From Macrostomum lignano (Eukaryota), in NCBI GenBank assembly GCA_002269645.1, contig NIVC01001115.1:1-62157 (forward strand): 62,157 nt of DNA. Direction: 5' to 3'. The translations under genes and the position numbers were made by a program. The notes beneath the pieces are model-generated. The model had not been told where the DNA came from and searched no databases. It saw only the letters and a list, made by a program, of their open reading frames with translations. Shown here piece after piece: positions 1-10,646 of the stretch (within the stretch, counting starts at the first letter, position 1; the number at the start of each line of letters is the position of its first letter).

Positions 1-536
1 GGGTTTTGGATTAGGGGTGTTTGTTGTTATCTGTTTACCTACTAATTAAATATATGCTTCTTGCACAATTGCAGTCAGCGGCCGCTCGCTCTCTCGCCCT
101 TCCCTCCTCGTTGCTTCGTTCTCGCTCTACGCGAACCCTTAATTATAGCTATACGGCCTCCTTGCTTCAACTCTTCCGCCGCCTACCTCGGCCCAATTAA
201 TTAATCAAGTGATCCCGATCCTAGCAATTTTCTATATATCTACGAGCGTAAATCTAAGTTGTCTTAAGCAAAACTATAAGTCTAAGGGTGGAAGCGGCCT
301 GCCGATCTGCTAAACTAAATCGTGAACTATCTAATTACCGCTACACAAAACCGTCTTCCCGCCTTTATTCGTCACACCTAAAATTTTCCAAAATGTTTCC
401 CGTCCTTACTTGAATAGTCCTTGCATGGACAGCTGCCAAGTGCCAAGCCGCATAAGTCTGAAAAGCTTATGTACATGTATGGATATTGAGCCTGACAAAC
501 TGGATGTTGCTACTCAGCTGGTAAAAATTGCGCGAC

Positions 537-2748
537 TGATGTAACCGCCCTTGTCGCCTGTCCGCTCCGTAGAGAGACGAACGCATGGCTAGAGGGGCAA
601 TGACCGTAGGCTGCCTATGACCGGGCAATGACCTGACGGACCTCCAGCACCAGACTGTCCCGCCCACATGATTAGTAGCTTTGGTAGCGCTTCGTGACCA
701 GAGGGCCAAGGACCCACATGGACCCCACCTGTAGCCAAGGTGCAATAGTTGGTCACTCGGTCATGGTATGACCGAGTGGCTGCCACCACTCTATGTGACC
801 TGGCGCACCTGGATCTTTCTACCAGACCTCTCGAGGCTAGAGCCCCGCCTGGATTGGTTACCAGGGGATTTAGGCTAACAGGGGAGACGCATGCAGCCGA
901 GTACAGGGACTCTGCTTGGGGCATGATCGGGAACTCTGGGCTCAATCCTGGAGGATTTCTCAGCAGGGGATCCTTTGTGGCTGTGAGCGAGGCTGACTTG
1001 CGACTTTGATTACTAAGAGTAGTATGAGGCGAACATGTACTGTCTACAGTTTAGATTGCTCAGGGCGAAGGACGCGTTAGCATGGGGTTGCAACCTTCCT
1101 ACTGCCATTCTGTGCCAAGACTCGCTAATCCCTCTACTGCACGCACACGCGGCCCCGCAGCACGCACTCACAGGCGGGCTTTGCACGGGGAGAGGCCATT
1201 AGCTTACCCAAACTTCCTTATGCTTTGCCACCCCGGGAGAAAGGCTTAGCAAGCCATGAGTGAAATGATGGTGAAAGATTGAATAATGATGAAGTTAGTT
1301 AATAGTTAATAATTAGGCCCTTAGGCAAATAAGCAGGCAATTAGGCGGCTTCACTATTGAGTAAAATACAGCAAAAGATACGGTATCACAATTGGCTCAG
1401 CTCTCTAATCAGACAATGGAAAATAGGCAAACCCCGGATAAGCAAAGGCAATTAGAGCACAAATTAGTAGCAGGAACTTACCGGCAGCTGCACAGAGAGA
1501 GAGAGAGGCGGAGTGACCGAGGGCGGCTGTAGGCTGCAGTCAGGCAGACGGTGAAGCGGCGATGCGCTGGAGCGACGAGGCGCTGATGTAGATCAGGCGA
1601 TGCTGATGATGCTGGGCGGTATCAGACCGCTGGCCGATAGGCGAGCTCACTTGGGGAGCTAAGGATAACTTGGCGGTAACAGACCGCGGACCGGCAGGGA
1701 TTCGTCTTATAGACGAATGGGTCAGAACTCAATCTGACAGCAAGTCCAAAGAAGGACGAGGAGAGGAACAGAGATAAACTCAGTTGAGTATTCTCATGCC
1801 GAAATCGCTTCCTTTTATAGACCTCACAGCCGCCTCCTCAAGGTCGTTACCATGGCTCCCTCTCTCTGATTGGCTGCCGGCAGAATGACGTCAGAATGAG
1901 TCATGATGAGAAGCATGAGACCGGCATAGCAACATGAGAAATCGGGAAATTGCGCAATCCGGAGGTGGGGTGGGGGATAATTGGCGCAGCGGGTGGTCGC
2001 GAAAGTGTTGCGCAAGCAAACATTGAGAACAATAGGGCTGGGGTCGAGAACAAAGGAATTGGAAATCGGGGATAATTGGGGAAAACTGAGAACAATGGAA
2101 AAGTAAACATTGGAGAAAAGGTGATAATTAGGTGCGAAAACGAGAACAAAAGAAAGAGAAAATCGGAGAAAATGTGATAATTGGTGGGGGTCGAGAGAAC
2201 AAAAGAAGCAAAAACGAGAACAATAGAAGCGGAGGTGGGGTGGGTGTCACATGAGAAATTTGGGAAGGAGAACAATAGCGTGAGAAAAGGTTGCGCAAGA
2301 GAGGGGGATGAGTCATCGATGAGTCACCGAGGGGGAGAAGGGGTCACACGACTTGCGTCACCGTTTGGGAGTTTGAGAGGGGATGGGGAGACGGTGAGCA
2401 CACAAAGTACTGTAAGTAGACACAGGGAAAGAGGGGACAGCGCAGGAAAAGAGTGCAGAGGGAGACAAAAAAAGGAGGAGGTAGAGAAAGTACAGGAAGA
2501 ATAGGGCGGGAACAGAAGAGATAGGGTAGAGGGGGAGGTACAGAAAGGGGTAGGGGCTCCGGAAAGGCAGGTGTGGCGGCAGGAGAGACGGGACCAAGGC
2601 AGCAGGAGGGTGCAGCAGAGCGGGAGTCTCCAGGCCCGGTCGGAGACCTGGCCGAGTCTCGACAGCTCTGTGCAGAGGGTGCACGGGATAGGAGGCACTT
2701 TCGAAAAAGTTCCCATGCCCTATCCGCGACCAGAGCGTGGTTACATCA
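537..2748 (-). repeat. 3' LTR (2212 bp, long form)
   Basis: Direct repeat of 10647-12417. Contains an extra 444 bp (1242-1685) absent from the other LTR. Confidence 0.95.
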
Positions 2749-2764
2749 CACCCCACTGCCTTTT
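2749..2764 (-). promoter_or_regulatory. Polypurine tract
   Basis: Minus strand AAAAGGCAGTGGGGTG immediately abutting the 3' LTR. Confidence 0.7.
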
Positions 2765-3661
2765 GTGACGGAACTGGTTCCGTCATCATCACTGCCCAAC
2801 ATGGAACCACACAGACGGGAGCGGGATCTCAACCGAACGTGAAATCACAGAATTAACAAACCGCGAGCGGGAATGGAAAAAGGCGATAAAATAGAGGGGA
2901 TAGCAATAAATTCACAAACGAGATACATAGGTTGGAGTGCAATACAGAATTTCAAAAATTTCAACTGTTGCTGTGGCTAAAGTGGGAGGGGGGAAACACA
3001 GACAGCGCAATAGTAGGGAGAAAAATAGCGAATTGTCAACAATAAATTATCATAATTGGATAGAAGCGCAGCTGGGAAAGAGAGGAAACGGGGAAGGGTG
3101 AGGGAAGTGGGGAAAAAGAAGGGGGGAAGGGTTGCTAGCACACAGCCAAGGGCAGAGCCTCGGGGAGAATGACGATTACACAGGGGAAAAATACTAATGC
3201 AGCGCAGTAAATTAATAAGCTAATTTCGCCGGGAGTTCAACCGCACGGAGGCCTAGCGTCCTTGAAGGCTCGGACCCCGCTTCAGCCAGTCAGAGGGCTT
3301 CGGGGCGATCGGTTGTAGGCTGGGAGGCGCCGCGCCGTGCGCTGGCCACTGTATAAAAGGCGCCACTGATAACGGGAGCCGGCTGCCTGCAACCTACACG
3401 GAGTCGCAGTTTCCAACCAAGGCACTCAGCGCGATTTTCCAAACTATACAACTACTCGGTAAGTCCCATCACCAACCTGATTTCTTTTCACCTGTACATT
3501 ATGCGAGATCCACCCATTCGCCATGCCTTTCATGTCAAACTGAGCCAATTGCAGTAGTAAAATATATCTTGTCATACGGTACAGTGCCTAAGGTGAAGTC
3601 ATCGTCCTAATAATGATTCTAATCTCCACGGGGCCAGGGGCTGACCCGCAAGAGTGGCACC

Positions 3662-6600
3662 TCAGGGAGGATCCCAGTCAAGTGACCCACTGATGCTGCT
3701 GTTCCAGCAGTCCTCTGGGTCCGATGGAGGGCCCCAGTCGTAGTCGGAGTCATCTGCCTCCTGGGTCGAATCCAGCCGCCGCACCTCGTAACCCCAACGT
3801 TCTGGGCGCCTCAGGGCAGCCCGAGGGCGCAACACGGGGCCCAACGGTGGCTCATCCAGCGGTTCCTCGTTGGCTTCGAGCTCTCCCGCTGCGGGGGGCG
3901 TGGGCAGTTCGGGGGCTGGCGGGCCCTGCTCTACTGGTTCCTGATCGGCGGCGGGCTCTGGGACGTCAACTGGTTGGGTTGGATGGTTTGCCGGCGGCAA
4001 TGCTACTTCGGCGGGAACCGTCACCGGAGGGAGCCGGTTTCGCAGAGGCCATCTGACATACATTTCCTCTTCTTCCTCCGAATCGGAGTCGGGGAACCAC
4101 TGCGGTGCTTCCGGGGCTCGAGGCGCTGGGCGAACTGGTGGTCGGCCCGGTCCGGCAGGAGACTTGCGGGCAGCTGCCTGAGGCACCTCGGGCTGATATT
4201 GGGCCGGCGCGGGACGGAGCGTATCGCGATGGGTCCGGTATACCGCGGGCCTGCCTGGCTGGGGGTGCACCGGGGCGATGTCGAACACGGCCTGGGACGG
4301 CTGGGCCACCACCTTCCAGGGGCCGGTGAACGCCTTGTGAAACTTAGGAATCTCCCATTCTTCCAGATGAGGGTTGGCCAAGAACACAATGTCACCGATG
4401 TCCAGGCTGCGGCACTTCTGCGGTCGGCGCGCTTGGTGTTGAACTCGGGTCTCGAACTTTTCCTCGATATCTGCGCGCGCCTGATCGAGATACGCCGCCA
4501 GACGGGCCGCGTAGGCAGCATGCCCGGGAGCGGCCTCAGCTGGCTCGAGAGCGACGTCCAAGGGCAGTCGAGCCTCTTGCCCGTACGTTAAGCTGAACGC
4601 GGAATACCCCGTCATGCGGTTCAGGCTGGAACGCATCGCCAGGAGGCATGCCGGCAGCTTCTCATCCCACAAGTCGTGGTCCTGTTCCAGCTGCGCCGTC
4701 AACAGGGCCCGGATCGTGCGGTGCTGGACTTCGGCCTTCCCATTGCATTGAGGATGGTATGGCGTCGTGCGGGTTTTGCGGATACCCAGAGAGTCACAAA
4801 AGCGCTGGAAGTCCCGGGACTCAAAGTGCTGTCCCTGATCCGTGTGTATCCAGTCAGGTACTCCGAACCTCGGTATGTATTCCTGCACCAGCAGACGGAT
4901 GACGGTCTTCGATGTCTGGTCCCGGGTAGGGTAAGCTTCGACCCAGCCGGTGTAGCTGTCCGTCACCGTGAGGATACTGGTGTTCCCCTTCCTTGACTTC
5001 TGGCCTCGACCCAGGGGCCCCACAAAATCCAAGTGAATGCGAGAGAACTTCTCGCTAAGTTCAAGAGATTGCGGCGAAGCTTTGGCCCGCTTGTGCGGCT
5101 TGGACCGCAAACAGCACTCGCAGGCCGCACACATCTCGGCGATCCGTCGGTGCAGGCCGGGGCGCCAGAACCGTTGGCGAAAGCGCTCGTCCACTTTCCT
5201 TCGCCCAAAGTGCCCGGCCAGAGGATCGTCGTGCAGCAACCGGAACACCTTCTGGTCCAAGCTTTCGGGCAACACGATTTTCTTCTTGGCCGCGACCCCC
5301 TCCACATCAATCCTTAGTACGCCCTCGTCCACACTGAGCAAGCCCCAAAAAGGGGCCACCCGGCGCACCAAGGGTGGGCACAATTCCGTCCCAGCTGGCG
5401 GGGCTTTCTCTGCACCTTCTCCTAGTCGTCGCATGATCCAGGCCAAGGCAGGGTCCTTCCTTTGCGCTTCCATGAGCTCCGCCTTGCTGAGGAGGTCCCG
5501 CTGTTCCAGCAGACGCCTCTTTGTCTCCACTCGGAAAGTTCGCAAGTCCTCGTCCAGCTCCCCTGGTGGTCGGGCGTCCTCTGGCGGTCGGCAGATGGGA
5601 CAGTCCCCATGCTGGTGTGCAGGCCGGCGACTGAGCGCGTCGGCGTTGGTGTGTAGCCGCCCAGGGCGGTATTCCACTTCGAAATCGTACTCAGCGAGGT
5701 GAGTAAACCAGCGAGCGATCAATCCGGTCGGCTCCTTGAAATTTCTTAGCCACGTCAGAGAGCGGTGGTCAGTGCGGACGATGAAGCGGCGACCTAGCAG
5801 GTAATACCGGAATTGTCGCGTAAAGAACACTAGGCTGAGCATCTCCAGTTTGGTGACACAGTGGTTACGCTCACTAGACACCAGACTTCGGCTCCCGTAG
5901 GCGATGACCCGCTCACTTCCGTCCGCTTGCCTCTGGCTGAGGACTGCACCCAGGGCATTCAAGCTCGCGTCGCAGTCGAGCACGAAGATGCCCGCCTGAG
6001 GCCCGAAATCTGGGTGGTGCAGCACCGGGGCGGTAACCAAGGCGCGCTTTAACTTCTCGAATGCTTGTTCCTGCTCGGGCCCCCAGCGACCCGGGATGTC
6101 CTTCGTCCCTTTCTTAGTCAGGGCGTGCAGTGGTGCGGCCACCTCACTGTAGTCGGGAATAAACTGCCGATAATATCCGGCCTTCCCCAAGAATTGGCGG
6201 ACCTCCGTGACGCTCTGGGGCCGCGGCCAGGTGTCAATGGCACACGTCTTGTGCGGGCAGGGTGCGACGCCCTCTCTCGAGACCACATATCCTAGAAAGG
6301 TGACCTCGGATTTGGCGAAAGCACACTTGGACGGCTTCAGCCGCAGGTTTGCTGTTCTTAATTTGTTAAAGACAAGTTGCAGGTGATTCAGGTGGGTGCT
6401 AAAATCGCGAGAATGCACGATGACATCGTCAATGTAGGCCATTGCGATTGCGGGTTGGAGCTCGGCCAACACCAGGTTCATCAGCCGAGAGAAGGTACTT
6501 GGGGCGCCCTTCAGTCCGAACGGCATTACGTTCCATTCAAACAGCCCCATATTGGGCACAGCGAATGCAGTGTAGGGGCGGCATTCCGGCTGGATGGGCA

Positions 6601-8293
6601 CTTGGTGGTAACCGCTCCGCAGATCGAGGGACGTGAAGTACGCCGACCCGCCCAGCGAAGCCAGCAGCTCATCGATTCGAGGCAGAGGGGTTACCTCGGC
6701 CACGCTGCGCTCGTTGACCTCCCGGAAATCGATGCACACTCGTAACGATCCATCGCTTTTGGGGACCAAGACCAACGCGGAGGAGTAAGGACTCTTGGAG
6801 ACCTTTACCTTGCCGGTCTCCAGCCAGCCCTGCACCTGGTGCCGCACTTCTTCCTGGTAGGCCTGAGGGAGGCGTCTTGGATGCATCTTGACGGGCCTCG
6901 AGTCCGTCAACTTGATTTCGTGTGTGACGACGTCGGTGACCCGCAGGTCGTTCTCCTCCTCGGCGAAGACATCGGTGTTGTCGTTGAGTAGGCGTAATAG
7001 CCGTTGCCGCTCCTGGGGAGAGAGTTGACTGCCCATCTCCAGGTCTTTCATCCAGTCCGGCGGCTTCCTGGCAGCTGTTGAATCCTTTGGAGTGGCTGTG
7101 GGGCCGGGCCCGGTGTTGCCCATTGGCGTAATCCGGTTGACCAGGGCCACTTCCTTTAAGGCGCTCGCCTGCGCTACTACCGTGCCAGCGGGCAGCTGTA
7201 CCGGTTCTTCGGACCAGTTGATGAGGCGAACTCGGACCCACCCGTCTACGGCTTGGTCCAACGAGCGACTGACCGCGATCTCCGGGAAGGCTTCCATGTC
7301 GACTCCCTCCACCAGACAGTCGCCTTCCCAAGGTCGCCCTCGCACTCTGACGGTAGTCTCCGACCACGGTGTTAGTTCCATATCGCCTCCCGTCGCCACC
7401 CACCAAGCCTTCGGAGGAGACGGCGGCGGTGGCGAAGGTAGAGACGGTGTTGGCTGGTCGGGTTCGGTTTCTTCTGGCTGGGCCGGCGAGTCGGTGTCGA
7501 AGGCCTCCGCCAACTGTACGGCTTCGCTCAGCTCCTGGTGACGAGTCACGAGAGCGGTCACATCGGGGAACTGTCGTTGCGCCAGGAGCTGAATTCGCAC
7601 ATCTCGCGGCATCCGGGCCTTGGACATATAGGCAAGTTGCGCTTCCAGATCAATCTCGTCCGGCGGCCGGCCACGCATGGTCCACTGGAGGGTGCGGAGC
7701 AGGCGGGTCGCGAAGCGGAAGTCACTCTCCTCGGGCTCCTGCTCCAGCGTCTGGTTGAAGCAGTGTCGGGCCATGGGGCTCCACACACTTACGCAACGTT
7801 CCACCAGCATGTCACGCAGCTGAGAATAGGTGCCAAGCCGCCTCGCCTGGCCGACGACGATATCTTGCTGTTCGCCTTGTAGGTGGCTGATTAGGGTGAG
7901 GATTCTATCGGCATCGGTGCTGATGTCCTCCACTTTGAACTTGAATTCGAGCCGCCCCACCCACAGGAAGATGTTGTCCCGTGACTCATTGAATGGGTCG
8001 AGATGAAACTGGGGGCGTACCTTCGGTTCTAGGACGATGACTGAAGAAGGTTGACAAACGGGAGGAGCCGCAACGGCGACATGCCCCCCTGATTCTGGGT
8101 TAGGAGCGGCAGCTCCTATGTCAGGCTCATCAGTAACTACTGCATCTGGAGGCTGGTTGGCCTGATTACCAGCGGCTGCGGCCATTGCGGCTGCGGGGGC
8201 GGCAACTGCTGGGGTGTCAGCGGCCGAGGGTGGTTGACCAGGGGCGTCTGCGCACACAGCTTCTACGACCCTATCTCCACGCGCCCGTGACAT
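3662..8293 (-). CDS. Gag-Pol polyprotein (capsid-like, dUTPase-like spacer, RT, RNase H, integrase); no protease motif
   Basis: 1543-aa uninterrupted ORF. RT motifs LDLRSGYHQ, MPFGL and YIDD. RNase H motifs DCDAS, TDH and NADALSR. Integrase HHCC (HDDPLAGH..CAAC) and D-D-E (IHLDFVG / HTDQG / NGKAE). Confidence 0.95.
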   Translation of the reverse strand: MSRARGDRVVEAVCADAPGQPPSAADTPAVAAPAAAMAAAAGNQANQPPDAVVTDEPDIGAAAPNPESGGHVAVAAPPVCQPSSVIVLEPKVRPQFHLDPFNESRDNIFLWVGRLEFKFKVEDISTDADRILTLISHLQGEQQDIVVGQARRLGTYSQLRDMLVERCVSVWSPMARHCFNQTLEQEPEESDFRFATRLLRTLQWTMRGRPPDEIDLEAQLAYMSKARMPRDVRIQLLAQRQFPDVTALVTRHQELSEAVQLAEAFDTDSPAQPEETEPDQPTPSLPSPPPPSPPKAWWVATGGDMELTPWSETTVRVRGRPWEGDCLVEGVDMEAFPEIAVSRSLDQAVDGWVRVRLINWSEEPVQLPAGTVVAQASALKEVALVNRITPMGNTGPGPTATPKDSTAARKPPDWMKDLEMGSQLSPQERQRLLRLLNDNTDVFAEEENDLRVTDVVTHEIKLTDSRPVKMHPRRLPQAYQEEVRHQVQGWLETGKVKVSKSPYSSALVLVPKSDGSLRVCIDFREVNERSVAEVTPLPRIDELLASLGGSAYFTSLDLRSGYHQVPIQPECRPYTAFAVPNMGLFEWNVMPFGLKGAPSTFSRLMNLVLAELQPAIAMAYIDDVIVHSRDFSTHLNHLQLVFNKLRTANLRLKPSKCAFAKSEVTFLGYVVSREGVAPCPHKTCAIDTWPRPQSVTEVRQFLGKAGYYRQFIPDYSEVAAPLHALTKKGTKDIPGRWGPEQEQAFEKLKRALVTAPVLHHPDFGPQAGIFVLDCDASLNALGAVLSQRQADGSERVIAYGSRSLVSSERNHCVTKLEMLSLVFFTRQFRYYLLGRRFIVRTDHRSLTWLRNFKEPTGLIARWFTHLAEYDFEVEYRPGRLHTNADALSRRPAHQHGDCPICRPPEDARPPGELDEDLRTFRVETKRRLLEQRDLLSKAELMEAQRKDPALAWIMRRLGEGAEKAPPAGTELCPPLVRRVAPFWGLLSVDEGVLRIDVEGVAAKKKIVLPESLDQKVFRLLHDDPLAGHFGRRKVDERFRQRFWRPGLHRRIAEMCAACECCLRSKPHKRAKASPQSLELSEKFSRIHLDFVGPLGRGQKSRKGNTSILTVTDSYTGWVEAYPTRDQTSKTVIRLLVQEYIPRFGVPDWIHTDQGQHFESRDFQRFCDSLGIRKTRTTPYHPQCNGKAEVQHRTIRALLTAQLEQDHDLWDEKLPACLLAMRSSLNRMTGYSAFSLTYGQEARLPLDVALEPAEAAPGHAAYAARLAAYLDQARADIEEKFETRVQHQARRPQKCRSLDIGDIVFLANPHLEEWEIPKFHKAFTGPWKVVAQPSQAVFDIAPVHPQPGRPAVYRTHRDTLRPAPAQYQPEVPQAAARKSPAGPGRPPVRPAPRAPEAPQWFPDSDSEEEEEMYVRWPLRNRLPPVTVPAEVALPPANHPTQPVDVPEPAADQEPVEQGPPAPELPTPPAAGELEANEEPLDEPPLGPVLRPRAALRRPERWGYEVRRLDSTQEADDSDYDWGPPSDPEDCWNSSISGSLDWDPP

Positions 8294-10625
8294 GTGAAAG
8301 CCGGATAGCTGGGGGAGTACCCACTACCGGGAAGGAAAAGAAAAGAAAACCGGGGCAACTACAGGTAAAGACCGAAAAGTTGATCCGAAACACACAAACA
8401 CAGACAAAACTCACACACTTGCGGCGTCGAAGAAAACAAATTGAAAAACGGGTGGCTCCACATAATTCCATTTAGGCAGTCCTAACGGCTTCACTCGGCA
8501 AAGCACACTGACTCAAACTGCGGCTACCACTACCAGTTGTCTATGGCACATCCTGACAGGGAAAAATTGGCTATTCAGAGAGACTTGACCTTCATTTTGC
8601 GGCCATGCTAGGGAACCCAAATGCCGACCGTAAACGGACTTACGGCACCTGTACAAATTCTCCCCTAGGGTTGCGCGCCGGACCCCATTTCCTTAAGAAA
8701 GCTACTACGAAGAAGCGTTGGCGCCTGGACCCAAAAACCCAAGTGGCGGGAGCAATCCCCATGGAGGTCCTCCCACTTTACTGCCCTTGCACAGCCGGAA
8801 AACCGTCGGAGTCCAGTGGGGCTTCCACCTCAGGACTACCAATCTTGTACACGCAGCTTCACAAAAGGCGGGAATCCAGCTCCCCTACGTCTAGCAGAAT
8901 CCACAAAAACCAAGACCTCCCCCTTCTGTTCAGAGCGAAGGCGCGCAGCGGGAGTCCAGACTAAACTGTCCCCGAAGTTTTCAGGTTAGGCGGATTACAA
9001 GCCTGAAACTCTCGCCCGCTTTCCTAGGATAAACAGACCTAAGTGAGTATCTTCCTGAAATGCTTGCCCCTCCGATACTCCACCTTTGCTGCAGCTCGAA
9101 ATAGCATACTTGGGACCTTTATCTGATGGCGGAGAAAGTCCTACAGTTGTCAGCCTCTCCACTTTACTGTACTTGAACGCCCGGTTCTACCAGGAGACAG
9201 CGGTACCTCCATCTAGGTTATTCCAAGTTGCCAGAGACGTCAACCCGTCTTATTGACCTTGCGGGGCACTGGGGTGGCACTCTATGTACCGGGGCTTTAC
9301 ATTAGGGGACTGCATGCAACCCTGCGTCTAAGCGCTTAGTGGGCTGCAGTGGCCAGAGGGGAAAAGAGTTGCGCAATAGCGCCTTCCTGGGCCAGGCTGA
9401 CAAGTCGGGCAGGAGCGCCGTTCTACCGGGTCGGGCTGATTGGCACACCCACCTCCCCTATCAGACTGACAGCAGGGGGGAGGAATTACTAAAGGAGGAG
9501 AATGCAGCAGGAAACATTACGAGATCACTGGGGGCCACCAGACTTCCAGTACACCATTCCAATACTCACTGAACTCCACTATCAATAGGATACTATGGGA
9601 TCTACTATTTCCAGCCACTGCACCAGCCCAAATGCAACCAAAGCAGTTACTACCGGGTCTGCAATACAGTGGGGAGAGTCAGCAGACACGTTGGGATCGA
9701 ATCCCAGCCATGAAGGCACCAGGGGTTACCGCAGAATTCAGGTCCGGGCTGATCGCAGGTATTCCATAGGAGGTGACACTTTTTTTAGCCCGAGATTTTT
9801 GAGTCACACTGATACCCTACAGAGATACAATCACACCGCTATTCCCATTCCTGCGAGACTTTGGTATCCCCCAATGTTTCCAAGGCCATGACTACTGCTT
9901 CCCTTACTATGCATATATAGCGAGTTCCCCATAGCCCTTGATAGCTGTTCATTCTAATGGACAAACAAAACACGCTCCGGTCTCTACGCATTTCTAGGAT
10001 TAACTGAGCGATCAGGGAGAGCGACTGTTACACTCCCCCGAGTAAAAGAAAGAGGTAGGACAAAGGAAAGAAATGCTTCGCTTCCAGCTTCCCTGTGCTT
10101 GCGTGATGAGGCTTCCGTACCTGGCTGGCTGTCCACCTCAACACTCACACAGTTCTGCTGTAGGCTAGGCGAGAGAAAGAAAGGGAGGGGAAATAAAGCA
10201 TATTACCATGAAATAGAAAGTGAGTCCGGAAAATTCACTTTCGCAGTTCTTCACACACTCCGTTACCAGGTAGCTATTCTGATTGTAATCAAATCCGCTC
10301 GTCTACCACTTCACACTTTCTAGCGCTGAAACTGATCGGCTAAATTAATTTTAAATTGAATCAGGGGCTTTTGGCGAATGAATGAATTTGGAAATTTCGA
10401 ATGAATTGAACGAATTCGCAGCCCGAAAAATTTGAAAAGTTACATTAATATTTTTGGATTTTGTTGCCTCACGCCATGGGAGAAGAGAATGACGATTGGC
10501 GATTTTTACGATTGGTAGATTTAGACATGGCACTCTTTGCGCTTCGGCCACCATTCTGAGGGATGCCACAGGTGCGCTTGTCACATCTAAACCACCAGTC
10601 CGAAACTCAGCGCTGTTTGCACCAG

Positions 10626-10643
10626 ATCCCACCGCTGCCACCA
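10626..10643 (-). promoter_or_regulatory. Primer-binding site complementary to the tRNA-Leu 3' end
   Basis: Minus strand TGGTGGCAGCGGTGGGAT, 3 nt inside the 5' LTR. It is the complement of ATCCCACCGCTGCCACCA, the 3' 18 nt of eukaryotic tRNA-Leu (AAG/TAG type) including CCA. Confidence 0.9.
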
Positions 10644-10646
10644 TTT

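Noticed and set aside
3724-7882. Numerous overlapping ORFs on both strands of gag-pol
   Set aside because: Shadow ORFs expected from GC-rich coding DNA; no recognisable motifs.
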